Positions 39,723-49,106 of a DNA stretch of 64,000 nt are shown in pieces (positions within the stretch are counted from its first letter, which is position 1; each line of letters begins with the position of its first letter). The DNA is from Candidatus Kuenenia stuttgartensis. GTDB taxonomy: Bacteria; Planctomycetota; Planctomycetia; Pirellulales; UBA1268. The position numbers and the translations under genes are program-made. The notes beneath the pieces were generated by a model. The model had not been told where the DNA came from. It did not search any database and was given only the letters and a program-made list of their open reading frames with translations. The stretch is taken from assembly GCA_945877135.1 (NCBI GenBank), contig CAMCQY010000004.1, positions 1,584-65,583 of the forward strand, given 5' to 3'.

Positions 39723-40628
39723 TTAGCCCGGCCGCCGCGAGAGAAGCGTGCCGACGAGCGCCTCCAGGCAGACCGGCCGGCCCAGGACGGCGGCAGCCCC
39801 GGCCTGAATCGCCGCGGCCACCGTGTCGCCGCGTGGAAAACTCTCGAGCAGCACGATGAACAGCCCCGGACTGTTGGCCGCAAGCAGCCGCAGCCACTCA
39901 CGTTCGCCAGCTGCGAGGTCCGCGACATCCCAGACAAGCGAGCCTGCGGCTTCGTCGACGCGCGGCCGGCCGAGCTGCCGGTTGACCACGCGATGGCCTG
40001 CGATTGCAAGCAGGTCGCAGAGGCCCTCCAGGTCATCGGCCCGGGCGGCGGCTACCGAGATATCTGTCGAAGCCAGCATCGCCGGAACCTGCAGCCCACG
40101 AGCGGTTCTCCCGGTGCGGCTGCCGATGCCGCCGATCGATTCGAGCAGCCGTTCCTCGCGGCGGGCGGTTGCGGGCAATCCGAGACTGGTCGGAAGGCCA
40201 GCCTCGAACGCCGCCAGCCACCAGCCGCACCGCCCGGGCAGATCGTGCCAGGGCACCTCATCGATGCCAGGCAGTGGCGGTCCGCTGCGCCGTCGGCCGT
40301 CAACCAGGCTCGATGCCACCGAAACGATCGGCATCAGCGGCCAGGCCTGCGAGAGAATCAACGTATCGGCGACGGTGAACCGTCCCGGCCTGTCGGCGGC
40401 CAGCACGGCGAGCGTCGGCGTGCCCTGCCCATCCATGACGGCCGCAGCGGCAACTGCGGCCTGCGGACTCTCAGCGTCGGTCACGTCGGCGAGTGCTGCG
40501 AGCCCGGCGCGGGCCATGCCGAGTTCCACTCCATCGACGGAGCCGATCCAGAGTAGGCGCCGGCGAACGGTCTTGTCAGAACAACTGACGATCGCGGGAA
40601 GGTGTGGAGAGGTAGCCATCTTCTCCAT
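39723..40628 (-). CDS. Hypothetical protein (receiver-like alpha/beta halves, no recognisable catalytic motif)
   Basis: A 301-aa ORF with normal coding bias for this genome. I recognised no confident motif. Confidence 0.4.
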   Translation of the reverse strand: MEKMATSPHLPAIVSCSDKTVRRRLLWIGSVDGVELGMARAGLAALADVTDAESPQAAVAAAAVMDGQGTPTLAVLAADRPGRFTVADTLILSQAWPLMPIVSVASSLVDGRRRSGPPLPGIDEVPWHDLPGRCGWWLAAFEAGLPTSLGLPATARREERLLESIGGIGSRTGRTARGLQVPAMLASTDISVAAARADDLEGLCDLLAIAGHRVVNRQLGRPRVDEAAGSLVWDVADLAAGEREWLRLLAANSPGLFIVLLESFPRGDTVAAAIQAGAAAVLGRPVCLEALVGTLLSRRPG

Positions 40629-40794
40629 CGTCCCGCGCCGGCTGTCATGCCGGCAAGCTGGGAAGGCTGCGGGGGCGTGTTTTGGGCGGTAGGAAGCCGA
40701 CCTTGACCCATCTGGAGCCCCACGGACAATTTGCCGCGATCACGTTCAAGGACGAACGTGGCACTGTTTTCACAAGCCCACGCGACCGGGCCTC

Positions 40795-42447
40795 ATGCAC
40801 GGTCTTTGTGGCACCAGGCAGGAGGCCGGCATGCGTGACGATAGGCTCCGCGATCACGGCGGGGAGGGCGATGGTTCGCGTCCACGGCGAACCCGTGGCG
40901 TCAAGGCCGGAGGTCGCGGCATCAAACTGTCGAAGGTGCTGCCAGATGCCACCTTTTTCGCCTGCGACGACATCATCGCGACGGGCTGCTCCGATGATCC
41001 CGACACATGCCGGCCGGGGGACGTGTTCGTCGCCCGTCTCACCGCTGAGGGAGACGGCCACGACGATGTGGAAAGGGCCCTGGCCCGAGGCGTGGCTGGC
41101 GTGGTTGCGGAACGCATCATTCCCACTTTCGGCACGCCGTTGTGCATCGTGTCTGAGAGCAGTTGGGCGATGGCCCGCATGACGCACGCCTTTGCCGGCG
41201 ATCCGGGCCGGACTCTGAAGGTGATTGCCATCACTGGCACCAGCGGCAAAACGACCACGGCCTGGCTCACAGCGTCTGTCCTCGCCGAGGCGGGACTGCG
41301 AGTGGGAGTGCTTTCCGATCTCGGCTGCCTGGCTGCCGATGACGCCGAGCCGGTGGCGGCCGACCTTTCCCGCCCGGAGGTGCTCGCCGACTGGCTGCGG
41401 CGGCTTCGCGAGGACGGCTGCACGCATGCAGTGGTGGAAGTGTCGAGCCACATGCTCGCGGCTCACTCTCTGGCGGGCATTGCCTGCGACACGGTTGCCG
41501 TCACGAATCTGGGTTTGGCCCATCTCGACATGCACGGCACAGCCGCGGCCTACCATGCCGTCAAATCGCGGATCCTCGACTGCCTCGGACCGGCAGGCTG
41601 TCTCGTCGCCACCGCCGATGACGACCGCGTCGGTCGTCTGATCGAACGGCGGGCCGTCACTGCCGGGAAGGCTGGCGTGATCACTGCCGGACTCACCAGC
41701 CCAGCAGATGTGACCGCCACTCCCGTTGAGCGATCGCTCTTCGGTCAGACATTCCTTGTGCAGGCGGGCGGCCATGCGATGCCGGTGGCAGTGTCCACGC
41801 CGGTGGCCTCGTTCGTCCGTGACAGCCTGTTGGCGGTTGCCATCGGGCTCCGCTACCGCGTTCCGTTGGAGCGGATAGCCAGAGGCATCGAGGCCTGCGG
41901 CAGCGTGTCGGGCCGCCTCGAGCGGATCGACCGGGGGCAGGACCATGCCGCCTTCGTCGATCATCCCACCAGCGGCCATGCGCTGGCGTCCACCCTCTCC
42001 GGGCTGCGGCGACTGACCCGTGGGCGTCTCGTCGTGCTCGCTGAAACAGCCTGCGCGGAGCGGCTCGTGGCTGATGCCTGCGCGACAAACATGGCCAGAC
42101 GGGAGTTCGGCGGGCATGAGGATGAGGGGAAGGTGGGCGACGGTCGTGTCGCCGCCACCTTCAACCGCCGAACGATGCGGTGGGCAGACGACTGTCTTGT
42201 GGTTTCCCGCACGCTCATGGACGAGGTTGGCAAGGCCGCGGACGTGATGGCGTATGCCCGGATCGACCGGCTGCTGTGTTCGCTGGGCGAGCAGGATTGC
42301 CTGCTTGTGCTCGGCGACGTGGACAGTCGCAGCCAGAACCCCATCGATCCCGACGGTGACCCGCTCCCGTTGGCGGCGGTGGTTGACGGCTGGCTGCAAC
42401 TGGCCCACGTTCCGCAGCCGTTTGCGTCGGAGCGGCGGGCCGCGTGA
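40795..42447 (+). CDS. murE: UDP-N-acetylmuramoyl-L-alanyl-D-glutamate--2,6-diaminopimelate ligase (Mur ligase)
   Basis: P-loop VIAITGTSGKTTTAWL and N-terminal PGDVFVA...GDGHDDVERALARGVAGVVAE. The C-terminal domain is divergent. The start is uncertain (alternative at 40831). Confidence 0.75.
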   Translation: MHGLCGTRQEAGMRDDRLRDHGGEGDGSRPRRTRGVKAGGRGIKLSKVLPDATFFACDDIIATGCSDDPDTCRPGDVFVARLTAEGDGHDDVERALARGVAGVVAERIIPTFGTPLCIVSESSWAMARMTHAFAGDPGRTLKVIAITGTSGKTTTAWLTASVLAEAGLRVGVLSDLGCLAADDAEPVAADLSRPEVLADWLRRLREDGCTHAVVEVSSHMLAAHSLAGIACDTVAVTNLGLAHLDMHGTAAAYHAVKSRILDCLGPAGCLVATADDDRVGRLIERRAVTAGKAGVITAGLTSPADVTATPVERSLFGQTFLVQAGGHAMPVAVSTPVASFVRDSLLAVAIGLRYRVPLERIARGIEACGSVSGRLERIDRGQDHAAFVDHPTSGHALASTLSGLRRLTRGRLVVLAETACAERLVADACATNMARREFGGHEDEGKVGDGRVAATFNRRTMRWADDCLVVSRTLMDEVGKAADVMAYARIDRLLCSLGEQDCLLVLGDVDSRSQNPIDPDGDPLPLAAVVDGWLQLAHVPQPFASERRAA

Positions 42448-42554
42448 GGGGCCCGGCCCCGGCCGGATGGACGCCACCGAGCCGCTTGGGGCACAATACC
42501 TCCGCTGGGCCCGGTCAGGAGCCCGTGCCCAATGCCTTTCTTCAGGTGCTTGTC

Positions 42555-43493
42555 ATGAAGTCTCGACACAATGGAACGGCAGTTGATCCGCTGCCCTCGG
42601 CCGCTCACCCTGAAGGCACGCCGTTCGACGACCTGGGGCTGGCGGTATCCTGCCGCGAGCCGCTCTCGCACCACACCTGGCTGGGGATCGGGGGCGAGGC
42701 GGGATATTTCTGCGAGCCGGTGGACGTCGACGCTCTCGCGCGGCTCGTAGCGCGATGCCATCAAGAGCGGGTGCCGCTCCATGTGATCGGCGGTGGCTCG
42801 AATATCCTCGTGCCGTCGGCCGGTTTTCCCGGCATGGTCGTGCGGCTCTCGGCACCGGTATTCTGCGGCATCACGGTAGAGCGGCCGATGCTCCGCGCGG
42901 GCGCCGGCGCGAAGCTCGTGCACGTTGTCTCCGCGGCCGTGCAGGCTGGGCTCTCCGGACTGGAGACGCTTGTGGGCATTCCGGGCACGGTCGGCGGGGC
43001 GCTGATCGGCAATGCCGGCGGACATGGTGGCGACATCGGCGAATGCGTCCGTGAGGTGACCGTGATGCTGCCAGACGGCACGGTCGAGACCCGCACGGGT
43101 GACACGCTCGCCTTCGAGTCGCGGTGGAGCAACCTCGATGATTGCATCGTCATCAGCTGCCGGCTTGAACTCGACGAGGAAGACCCGGAGCGGCTCACCA
43201 AGCGGATGCAGAAGCAGTGGATCGTGGCACGGGCCGAGCAGCCGTCCGGCACGCGGGCGGTGGCCATGATGTTCAAGGATCCCCACGGCAGCTCCGCCGA
43301 GGCGCTCGTGGTGCAGGCCGGTGGCCGCGACCTGCGGGTCGGCGAGGCCGCGGTCTTCGCGGCCCATGCCAACTATGTGGTCGCGTCGCCCAACTGCCCG
43401 AGCGACGACGTGCGGGCGTTGATCGAACTTGTGCGGGCCAAGGTTCGTGAGCGGCTGGGTGTGGAACTGACGCCGCAGATCGAAGTCTGGTGA
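42555..43493 (+). CDS. murB: UDP-N-acetylenolpyruvoylglucosamine reductase
   Basis: Has HTWLGIGGEAGYFCEP, HVIGGGSNILV, and GIPGTVGGALIGNAGGHGG (FAD-binding PCMH type). Confidence 0.85.
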   Translation: MKSRHNGTAVDPLPSAAHPEGTPFDDLGLAVSCREPLSHHTWLGIGGEAGYFCEPVDVDALARLVARCHQERVPLHVIGGGSNILVPSAGFPGMVVRLSAPVFCGITVERPMLRAGAGAKLVHVVSAAVQAGLSGLETLVGIPGTVGGALIGNAGGHGGDIGECVREVTVMLPDGTVETRTGDTLAFESRWSNLDDCIVISCRLELDEEDPERLTKRMQKQWIVARAEQPSGTRAVAMMFKDPHGSSAEALVVQAGGRDLRVGEAAVFAAHANYVVASPNCPSDDVRALIELVRAKVRERLGVELTPQIEVW

Positions 43494-43506
43494 AAGGGGC
43501 GATTGT

Positions 43507-44403
43507 ATGGTTGCCTCTCCACGCCGCGGCCGGCCGTTGCCTATTGAAGAGCCGGAGAGCGGTGGACTTGCTCCGTTTCTGGCCGAGCATCGGGCGGGCA
43601 TTGGTGCTGTCGCGGTGATCGCCGCCGCAGCGGTCGTCGGCTGGGTGATCTGGTCGCGGGTGTCGGACTCGGCCCGCGTGCATGCCGATACGATCCTGAT
43701 GCCCGAAGCGGTCGAATTGAAGGGCGTGGCCCCCTGGGTGCGGTGCGACCTCAAGGGGGAGGCGCTCCGCAACGCGAGCCTCGATGGCGGGCTGCCGCTG
43801 GACGATCCGCAGCTCTCGCGCCGGCTGGCGCGGGCCTTCGAAATGCATCCGTGGGTGAAGCTGGTCGTGAACGTGAGCCCCCGGCATCCCGCTGCGGCCA
43901 CGGTGGAGGTGCTCTGTCGTGAACCGGTGGCGATGGTGGGTGTGAAGGGCGGACTGCTGGCCGTCGATGCCGAGGGTGTGGTGCTACCGAGCGGCGATTT
44001 CACGGCTGAATCAGCGTCGCTCTATCCGCGGATCTCGGGCGTCGAGTCGAGCCCGCAGGGCCCGGAGGGCTCCGCCTGGGGCGATCCTGTCGTGGAGGAG
44101 GGAGCGGCGCTGGCGCTTGCCGTCGGGCCCGAATGGAAGCAGCTAGGGCTGGCGGAATGTCGGCCCGTGGGAAGACCTGGACTCCGGCGGTGGGAACTCG
44201 TTGGTCCGCCACCGCGGACAATCCTGTTTGGTTCGGCACCGGGTCGTGAGACTCCGGGCGAACCACTGGCAGCGGCGAAGATCGCCAGGCTGCGGGCGCT
44301 CGAGGCCGATCCTGCAGCGGCCGAAGCGAACGGTCCGCTCGATCTCACGCAGGACACCGGCGACGCCGCCGCATCGCCGATCCCATCGATTCCGTCGCCG
44401 TGA
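43507..44403 (+). CDS. FtsQ/DivIB-like POTRA domain protein
   Basis: One N-terminal TM segment (IGAVAVIAAAAVVGWVIW) followed by a POTRA-like segment (PWVKLVVNVSPRHPAAATVEVLCREPVAMV..LLAVDAEGVVLP). Its position after murB is dcw-like. Confidence 0.5.
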   Translation: MVASPRRGRPLPIEEPESGGLAPFLAEHRAGIGAVAVIAAAAVVGWVIWSRVSDSARVHADTILMPEAVELKGVAPWVRCDLKGEALRNASLDGGLPLDDPQLSRRLARAFEMHPWVKLVVNVSPRHPAAATVEVLCREPVAMVGVKGGLLAVDAEGVVLPSGDFTAESASLYPRISGVESSPQGPEGSAWGDPVVEEGAALALAVGPEWKQLGLAECRPVGRPGLRRWELVGPPPRTILFGSAPGRETPGEPLAAAKIARLRALEADPAAAEANGPLDLTQDTGDAAASPIPSIPSP

Positions 44404-44961
44404 TTAAGACCGTTCTGAAGCCCGGTCGGAGAGCACGAGCTTGCGGACGGCCTGAAACTGCGGATGCTCAGCCGAGCGGCACCATTCGAAGAGGGAGGCC
44501 TCGGTGGTGGTGAGCAGTGCGCCGGAGGATTCCAGGCGTCGGAGGGCAATCTCATGGTCGAGCGGGTGCCGGGAGCCGACGGCATCGACGGCGATGAAGA
44601 CGGTCAGCCCGCGGGCGAGTAGGTCGAGGGCCGTCTGCTGAATGCAGACGTGGGTCTCGAGGCCGCAGAGCAGGACCGACTCGATGTCATCGGCGATGGT
44701 CGCCGTGAAAGCTTCGCTGCCGCAGCAGCTGAAGGCCATTTTCGTGACCGCAGACGGTAGCTTCGCGGCGAGATCGGGATGCGTGGGCCCGAGCCCTTTC
44801 GGATACTGTTCGGTGAGCACGCTGCGCACGCCGAGCAGCTTTGCGGCTTCAGCGAGCCGGCCAGCCATGGCGACCACCTGCGGGCCAGCGGGGATCGCAG
44901 GGAGCAGGCGTTCTTGGATGTCGACGACGCAGAGCAGGGAGGTAGCGGTGTGGAGTCGCAT
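44404..44961 (-). CDS. Isochorismatase family hydrolase
   Basis: Has LLCVVDIQERLLPAI and VLLCGLETHVCIQQTALDLL. I chose the ATG at 44961 within ORF 44404..45186. Confidence 0.75.
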   Translation of the reverse strand: MRLHTATSLLCVVDIQERLLPAIPAGPQVVAMAGRLAEAAKLLGVRSVLTEQYPKGLGPTHPDLAAKLPSAVTKMAFSCCGSEAFTATIADDIESVLLCGLETHVCIQQTALDLLARGLTVFIAVDAVGSRHPLDHEIALRRLESSGALLTTTEASLFEWCRSAEHPQFQAVRKLVLSDRASERS

Positions 44962-45041
44962 GGGAGCCTCGCGCAGGGGTTCGCGTGAAAAGCATAGCCG
45001 GTTTGGAGGATTGCCGGGGAGGCCCGCTCGTCGTTCGTGGC

Positions 45042-45551
45042 TCACAAGGAGGCGAGCGTGAAGCCGCCACGCGGCGTGAAACTCAATGTGCGGGAGGTTT
45101 CGGAATCGATGCTGATCGTGATGTCGAGCCGGTCGGCAGGCAGGGCCTTTCGTGCTCGCGATGGCCATTCGACGAACACCCAGCACCGTCCGGCGGTCGC
45201 ATCCTCCCAGCCGATCTCTGCAAGGTCGCCGGCGCCGGCGAGCCGATAGAGATCGGCATGCACGAGCCGCTCGGGCACGTTTATCGCCGGTTGATTTTGG
45301 GCGGCGAGCACGTCGTGAACGTGGATCAGTCCGAAGGTCGGGCTCACCACGTCAGTCGGGTCGATGCCCAAGGCTGCGGCGACCGCCTTCACGAAGGTCG
45401 TCTTGCCGGCGCCGAGATCCCCTTCGATCGCGACAAACGCCCGCGCGGGCATTGCCGCCGCCAGTCGCCGGGCGAGCAACGCGAGGGCGGCCTCGTCTGG
45501 CACCGCCACGGTCAGCGTCGGCGGCACGTCGCCGTCAGCCCTTGAAGGCAT
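45042..45551 (-). CDS. tsaE: tRNA threonylcarbamoyladenosine biosynthesis protein TsaE
   Basis: P-loop IEGDLGAGKTTFVK, SPTF, and LVHADLYRL. Confidence 0.8.
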   Translation of the reverse strand: MPSRADGDVPPTLTVAVPDEAALALLARRLAAAMPARAFVAIEGDLGAGKTTFVKAVAAALGIDPTDVVSPTFGLIHVHDVLAAQNQPAINVPERLVHADLYRLAGAGDLAEIGWEDATAGRCWVFVEWPSRARKALPADRLDITISIDSETSRTLSFTPRGGFTLASL

Positions 45552-46485
45552 GAACGTAGCCCCGTGGTACGAGTGGCGTGCGCGTGCCGTGCCCATCGTC
45601 GGCGACGAGGCCAGGTTCGGCTGTCACCTCACCGATGATCGTGATCGGCAGATCAAGCGGTGCCTGGCCCGCTGCCGCCACGAGGGCATGCGCCGCGTCG
45701 GGCGGCATGGCGAGAATCAGCTCAAAATCTTCGCCATCGGAGAGCGCATGGTCGAGGGGCGATTTTGCGTCTCCGGGCATGAGGCTCATCCGGTGGGCAT
45801 CGGCGTGGATCGGCACAGAAGCCAGCCGCACGACGGCGCCGGCCGCGCTTGCCTGCATCATCCGTGAGAGGTCGAGCGAAAGGCCGTCGCTGACGTCGAT
45901 CGCCGCATGCACCTCGAATCGGCTATCAATAAACACCGCTTCTTGGCATCGCGGTCGCACGGCGAGATGGCGGCCCAGCAGGCTGCCCCCGCAGGCCCCC
46001 GTGACGACGAGCAGGTCGCCGGGCTTCGCGCCGTCGCGCCGCCAGGCCCGGCCCGGCGGCACGCTGCCGATCGCCGTCACGCTCACGACGAGCGGGCCGT
46101 CCCAGGAGTTTGTATCGCCTCCAGCCAGCGTGCAGCCATGCTCGGCCGTGATCGACTGGATGCCTTCAAGCAAGCCGTGGGCGATCGCGTCGCCGCCGGT
46201 CTGCGGCAGGCAGACGGCTACAAATACCGCCTCGGGCCGCGAGCCCATCGCCGCCAGATCGCTCAGGCTCACGGCGACGGCCTTGTGGCCGACTGCCCGC
46301 GGCGGACAGTCGGAGCCGAGGATGAAGTCCACCCCCTCGGTGAGCATGTCAACGGTGACGACCGTTCGCCGCATCGCGGGCGGTCGCAATACGGCGGCAT
46401 CATCGCCGGGGGGCACCTCCATCCGCGGGTCGGCGGGAATGCGGTCGAGCAGCCAGGTGACGAATTCGGTTTCCACGCGGGTCAT
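45535..46485 (-). CDS. thiL: Thiamine-monophosphate kinase
   Basis: Has GDDAAVL, VTVDMLTEGVDF, AVSLSDLAAMG, and LAGGDTN (AIR-synthase-related fold). I chose the ATG at 46485 within the longer ORF. Confidence 0.85.
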   Translation of the reverse strand: MTRVETEFVTWLLDRIPADPRMEVPPGDDAAVLRPPAMRRTVVTVDMLTEGVDFILGSDCPPRAVGHKAVAVSLSDLAAMGSRPEAVFVAVCLPQTGGDAIAHGLLEGIQSITAEHGCTLAGGDTNSWDGPLVVSVTAIGSVPPGRAWRRDGAKPGDLLVVTGACGGSLLGRHLAVRPRCQEAVFIDSRFEVHAAIDVSDGLSLDLSRMMQASAAGAVVRLASVPIHADAHRMSLMPGDAKSPLDHALSDGEDFELILAMPPDAAHALVAAAGQAPLDLPITIIGEVTAEPGLVADDGHGTRTPLVPRGYVHAFKG

Positions 46486-46544
46486 TCTATCGGGAGTCGG
46501 AAAAAGGCCATGGAGGGCTTTTACCGTCGATCGCCAGGCAACCC

Positions 46545-46573
46545 GCATTCCCTTGCTGGCGCTGCGGGCTTGG
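46545..46573. repeat. REP-like module (single copy)
   Basis: GCATTCCCTTGCTGGCGCTGCGGGCTTGG, followed by ATGATAC. It belongs to the same family as 34561-34589 and lies between the membrane-protein gene and thiL. Confidence 0.65.
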
Positions 46574-46586
46574 ATGATACACACCT

Positions 46587-47144
46587 TCAGATCGCCAGGC
46601 TGGCGTAGGCGAGTAGCGAGGCTGCCACGATGATCGCTGCTCGATAGGCGGAGTGGGCGGCAGGCGCGGCGTGTGCGACGCGGCGTCGGCTCCATGAGCC
46701 GGCCACGACCACGAGCGCGAGGATCGCGGCAGCGACCACGAACTCCACGGCGAGGACGCGGACGGTGGCCTGTTGCAGGATCCGGATGACCATGAATGTG
46801 GCGACGATTGCAACTCCACCGAGCGGCCCCAGCCACGCCGACTGCTGCGTTGCCTGGTGCGAATCTCGCAACGCCACACACGTCGCCAGATACATCGTGT
46901 AAGGAAAGAAGAGTTCACGATTCCCAGTGGCATGGGAGAGGGCGAGCCACGCGAGGCTGGGCATGACGAAGGCCAGCGACTCTGTGCGGAGACCACCGAG
47001 GGTCTGTGCGACGACGGCAATCGCCCCGATCACCGTCCACGGCGGGCCGCCGAAGAGGTGGGTCAACGCCAGGAAGAGCAGTTCGACGATGATGAAGATC
47101 ACGGACATCGTGTCGCCCGCCAACGGCAGATCCGGCTCACGCAC
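46587..47144 (-). CDS. Hypothetical polytopic membrane protein
   Basis: About five hydrophobic helices (e.g. IFIIVELLFLALTHLF, VAIVATFMVIRIL). It is upstream of thiL in the same orientation. I recognised no family. Confidence 0.45.
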   Translation of the reverse strand: MREPDLPLAGDTMSVIFIIVELLFLALTHLFGGPPWTVIGAIAVVAQTLGGLRTESLAFVMPSLAWLALSHATGNRELFFPYTMYLATCVALRDSHQATQQSAWLGPLGGVAIVATFMVIRILQQATVRVLAVEFVVAAAILALVVVAGSWSRRRVAHAAPAAHSAYRAAIIVAASLLAYASLAI

Positions 47145-47150
47145 TCGGTC

Positions 47151-47336
47151 CTACCCGCGGCCCAGAAGCCGCAGGATGTTGCGAGCTAGGCTGGCTCCGC
47201 CCACCGTACGACCGTCAGTGTAATCGTCGAGACCGAATCCACCTTTGGCGTTCTGCTCCGCCTGCTTCGCGATCGCGACGTGACAGAGCTTGATGACTTC
47301 TTCAAGCTTGTTCGACTCTTTACGGGCTGAAATCAT
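47151..47336 (-). CDS. Small hypothetical protein (61 aa)
   Basis: The ATG at 47336 is preceded by AGGAGG (plus-strand CCTCCT at 47342-47347) at about 5 nt spacing. The protein is MISARKESNKLEEVIKLCHVAIAKQAEQNAKGGFGLDDYTDGRTVGG... Confidence 0.4.
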   Translation of the reverse strand: MISARKESNKLEEVIKLCHVAIAKQAEQNAKGGFGLDDYTDGRTVGGASLARNILRLLGRG

Positions 47337-47543
47337 GACGGCCTCCTGGGATGGCGATGCCCGAGGTGTGGCTGGCCCCGACGAACGTTCGACAGTCTGG
47401 CGGCAGCAACCTCGCCCTGAATAGTAGTTCGGCGCAGAGTTCGAGCCAGTTTTGTCCAACTGCACGGCGAGTTGGCATAACGGGACGTGGCGGGCCACGT
47501 GGGCCGGGTGTTTGCCGCCGGCTTGATGACACCGCAGGGCCGC

Positions 47544-48869
47544 TCAGCGGCGGATCGTCTCGGACACGAGGTGCCCGAAGAGCGTCTCGCGGCCGCGGAG
47601 CACATAAAACTTGATCGGATTCAAGTGCTCGTCCTCGGCCTTGTCGAGGATGTAGGAGATGTTGTCGGGCACGATCGTCTCCCAGACATGCAGGCCGACG
47701 AGGATGTCGCCCTCGCGGATGCCCTGCTCGCTGGCCGGGCCGCCGTCGCGAACCTTGCTCACCAGCAGTCCCCCGCGATACCGCGACTGCAACCGCTGCA
47801 CCTTGGCAGCCGACATCGCCTCGACCCGCAGGCCGATGTCCCGCCAGCACCGCTCGTCTACGCTGAGGGCGTCGCGGCGGGCTGCCGCCAACGACAGGTC
47901 GAGTTTCTCCTCGCCGCCGGCCCGCATCACGGTGACCGACACGCTGTCGCCCGCCCGGTGGCCCAGCAGGCCGCGCTCGATGTCGAGCGGGCGGGCGATG
48001 GGGGTCTCGCCGATGTGCGTGATCACGTCGCCAGCCCTCACGCCCACGCTCTCTGCTGGACTCTGGCGGAGAACCGCCTCGACGATCACGCCGCGAGGTC
48101 CGTCGTTGCGTGCCACGATGCCGTGCCAGGTCCGGTCAACCCTTTCGACCGAGAGCAGCGAGGCGACCACGTCGAGCACCTTGTCCGCGGGGATCGCGAA
48201 GCCGATGCCTTGCGCTCCGGCGCGGACCGCCACGTTGATGCCGATCATCTCGCCATCGATGTTGAGAAGCGGGCCGCCGGAGTTGCCCGGATTGATGCTG
48301 GCGTCGGTCTGGATGAGGTCGTCATACCGTTGCGTGCGACTCACCTCCACGTCACGGTGGAGTGCCGACACGATGCCGCGGGTCACCGTGTGCTCGTAAC
48401 CGTAGGCGTTGCCGAGGGCGAGTACGGTCTCGCCGATCATCAGATCAGATGACGTGCCGATGGTGATCACGGGAAGCGGGCTGTCATGCTCGACTTTGAT
48501 CACCGCGAGATCGGTTCTCGGGTCGTGTGACACGAGCGAGGCAGATGTGGTTTTGCCGGAGGCGAGTGTCACCTCGATGCGGCGGACGCCCTCGACCACA
48601 TGGTAATTGGTGACGACGTAGCCCCGGGCGTCAACGACGACGCCGGTACCCATCCCGTTCACACGCTTCAGTTCGCCGCCCCCCTCGTCGTCAGCATTGG
48701 GCACGAGCTTCTGCCCGTGGATGTTGACGACGCTGTCGCGGGTCGATTCGATGGCCTTGACGATCGCAGTCCGGCGTCCTTCGACGGCATCGGCCGGCTC
48801 CGCGGAGGCAAACGCCACCAGCAGAGCGATGGCTGGAACAGCAGTCCACGGACGACGCATGAAGACCAC
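47544..48869 (-). CDS. HtrA/DegP-type periplasmic serine protease with two PDZ-like regions
   Basis: Signal peptide present. Catalytic-triad context is TNYHV, DLAVIK and GNSGGPLLNIDGEMIGIN. Confidence 0.85.
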   Translation of the reverse strand: MVFMRRPWTAVPAIALLVAFASAEPADAVEGRRTAIVKAIESTRDSVVNIHGQKLVPNADDEGGGELKRVNGMGTGVVVDARGYVVTNYHVVEGVRRIEVTLASGKTTSASLVSHDPRTDLAVIKVEHDSPLPVITIGTSSDLMIGETVLALGNAYGYEHTVTRGIVSALHRDVEVSRTQRYDDLIQTDASINPGNSGGPLLNIDGEMIGINVAVRAGAQGIGFAIPADKVLDVVASLLSVERVDRTWHGIVARNDGPRGVIVEAVLRQSPAESVGVRAGDVITHIGETPIARPLDIERGLLGHRAGDSVSVTVMRAGGEEKLDLSLAAARRDALSVDERCWRDIGLRVEAMSAAKVQRLQSRYRGGLLVSKVRDGGPASEQGIREGDILVGLHVWETIVPDNISYILDKAEDEHLNPIKFYVLRGRETLFGHLVSETIRR

Positions 48870-49106
48870 ACTCCCGAATCCCCCCTGATCGACGGCATTC
48901 GGACGCCGATCAGGCAGCGATGCGGCCCGCGCATCGACGGCCTCAAGCCGGCCATCGGGCCGCTTTACTCTGCCGTATCACTGAGAATCGGACGGGCCGG
49001 CCCCGTGGTTCACCGCCTTCGACGCGGGGCGGTACAGCTTTCCCAGACGAAGGCTGGTGGTGACGGCGACGGCTTTCAAGGGCCGTCGCTGACGGTTCGG
49101 CAAAAA

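Noticed and set aside
40645-44003. 610-aa and 680-aa minus-strand ORFs over murE, murB and the ftsQ-like gene
   Set aside because: These are shadow ORFs with biased Arg/Ala/Pro/Ser composition. The plus-strand Mur ligase P-loop and the MurB FAD motifs are decisive.
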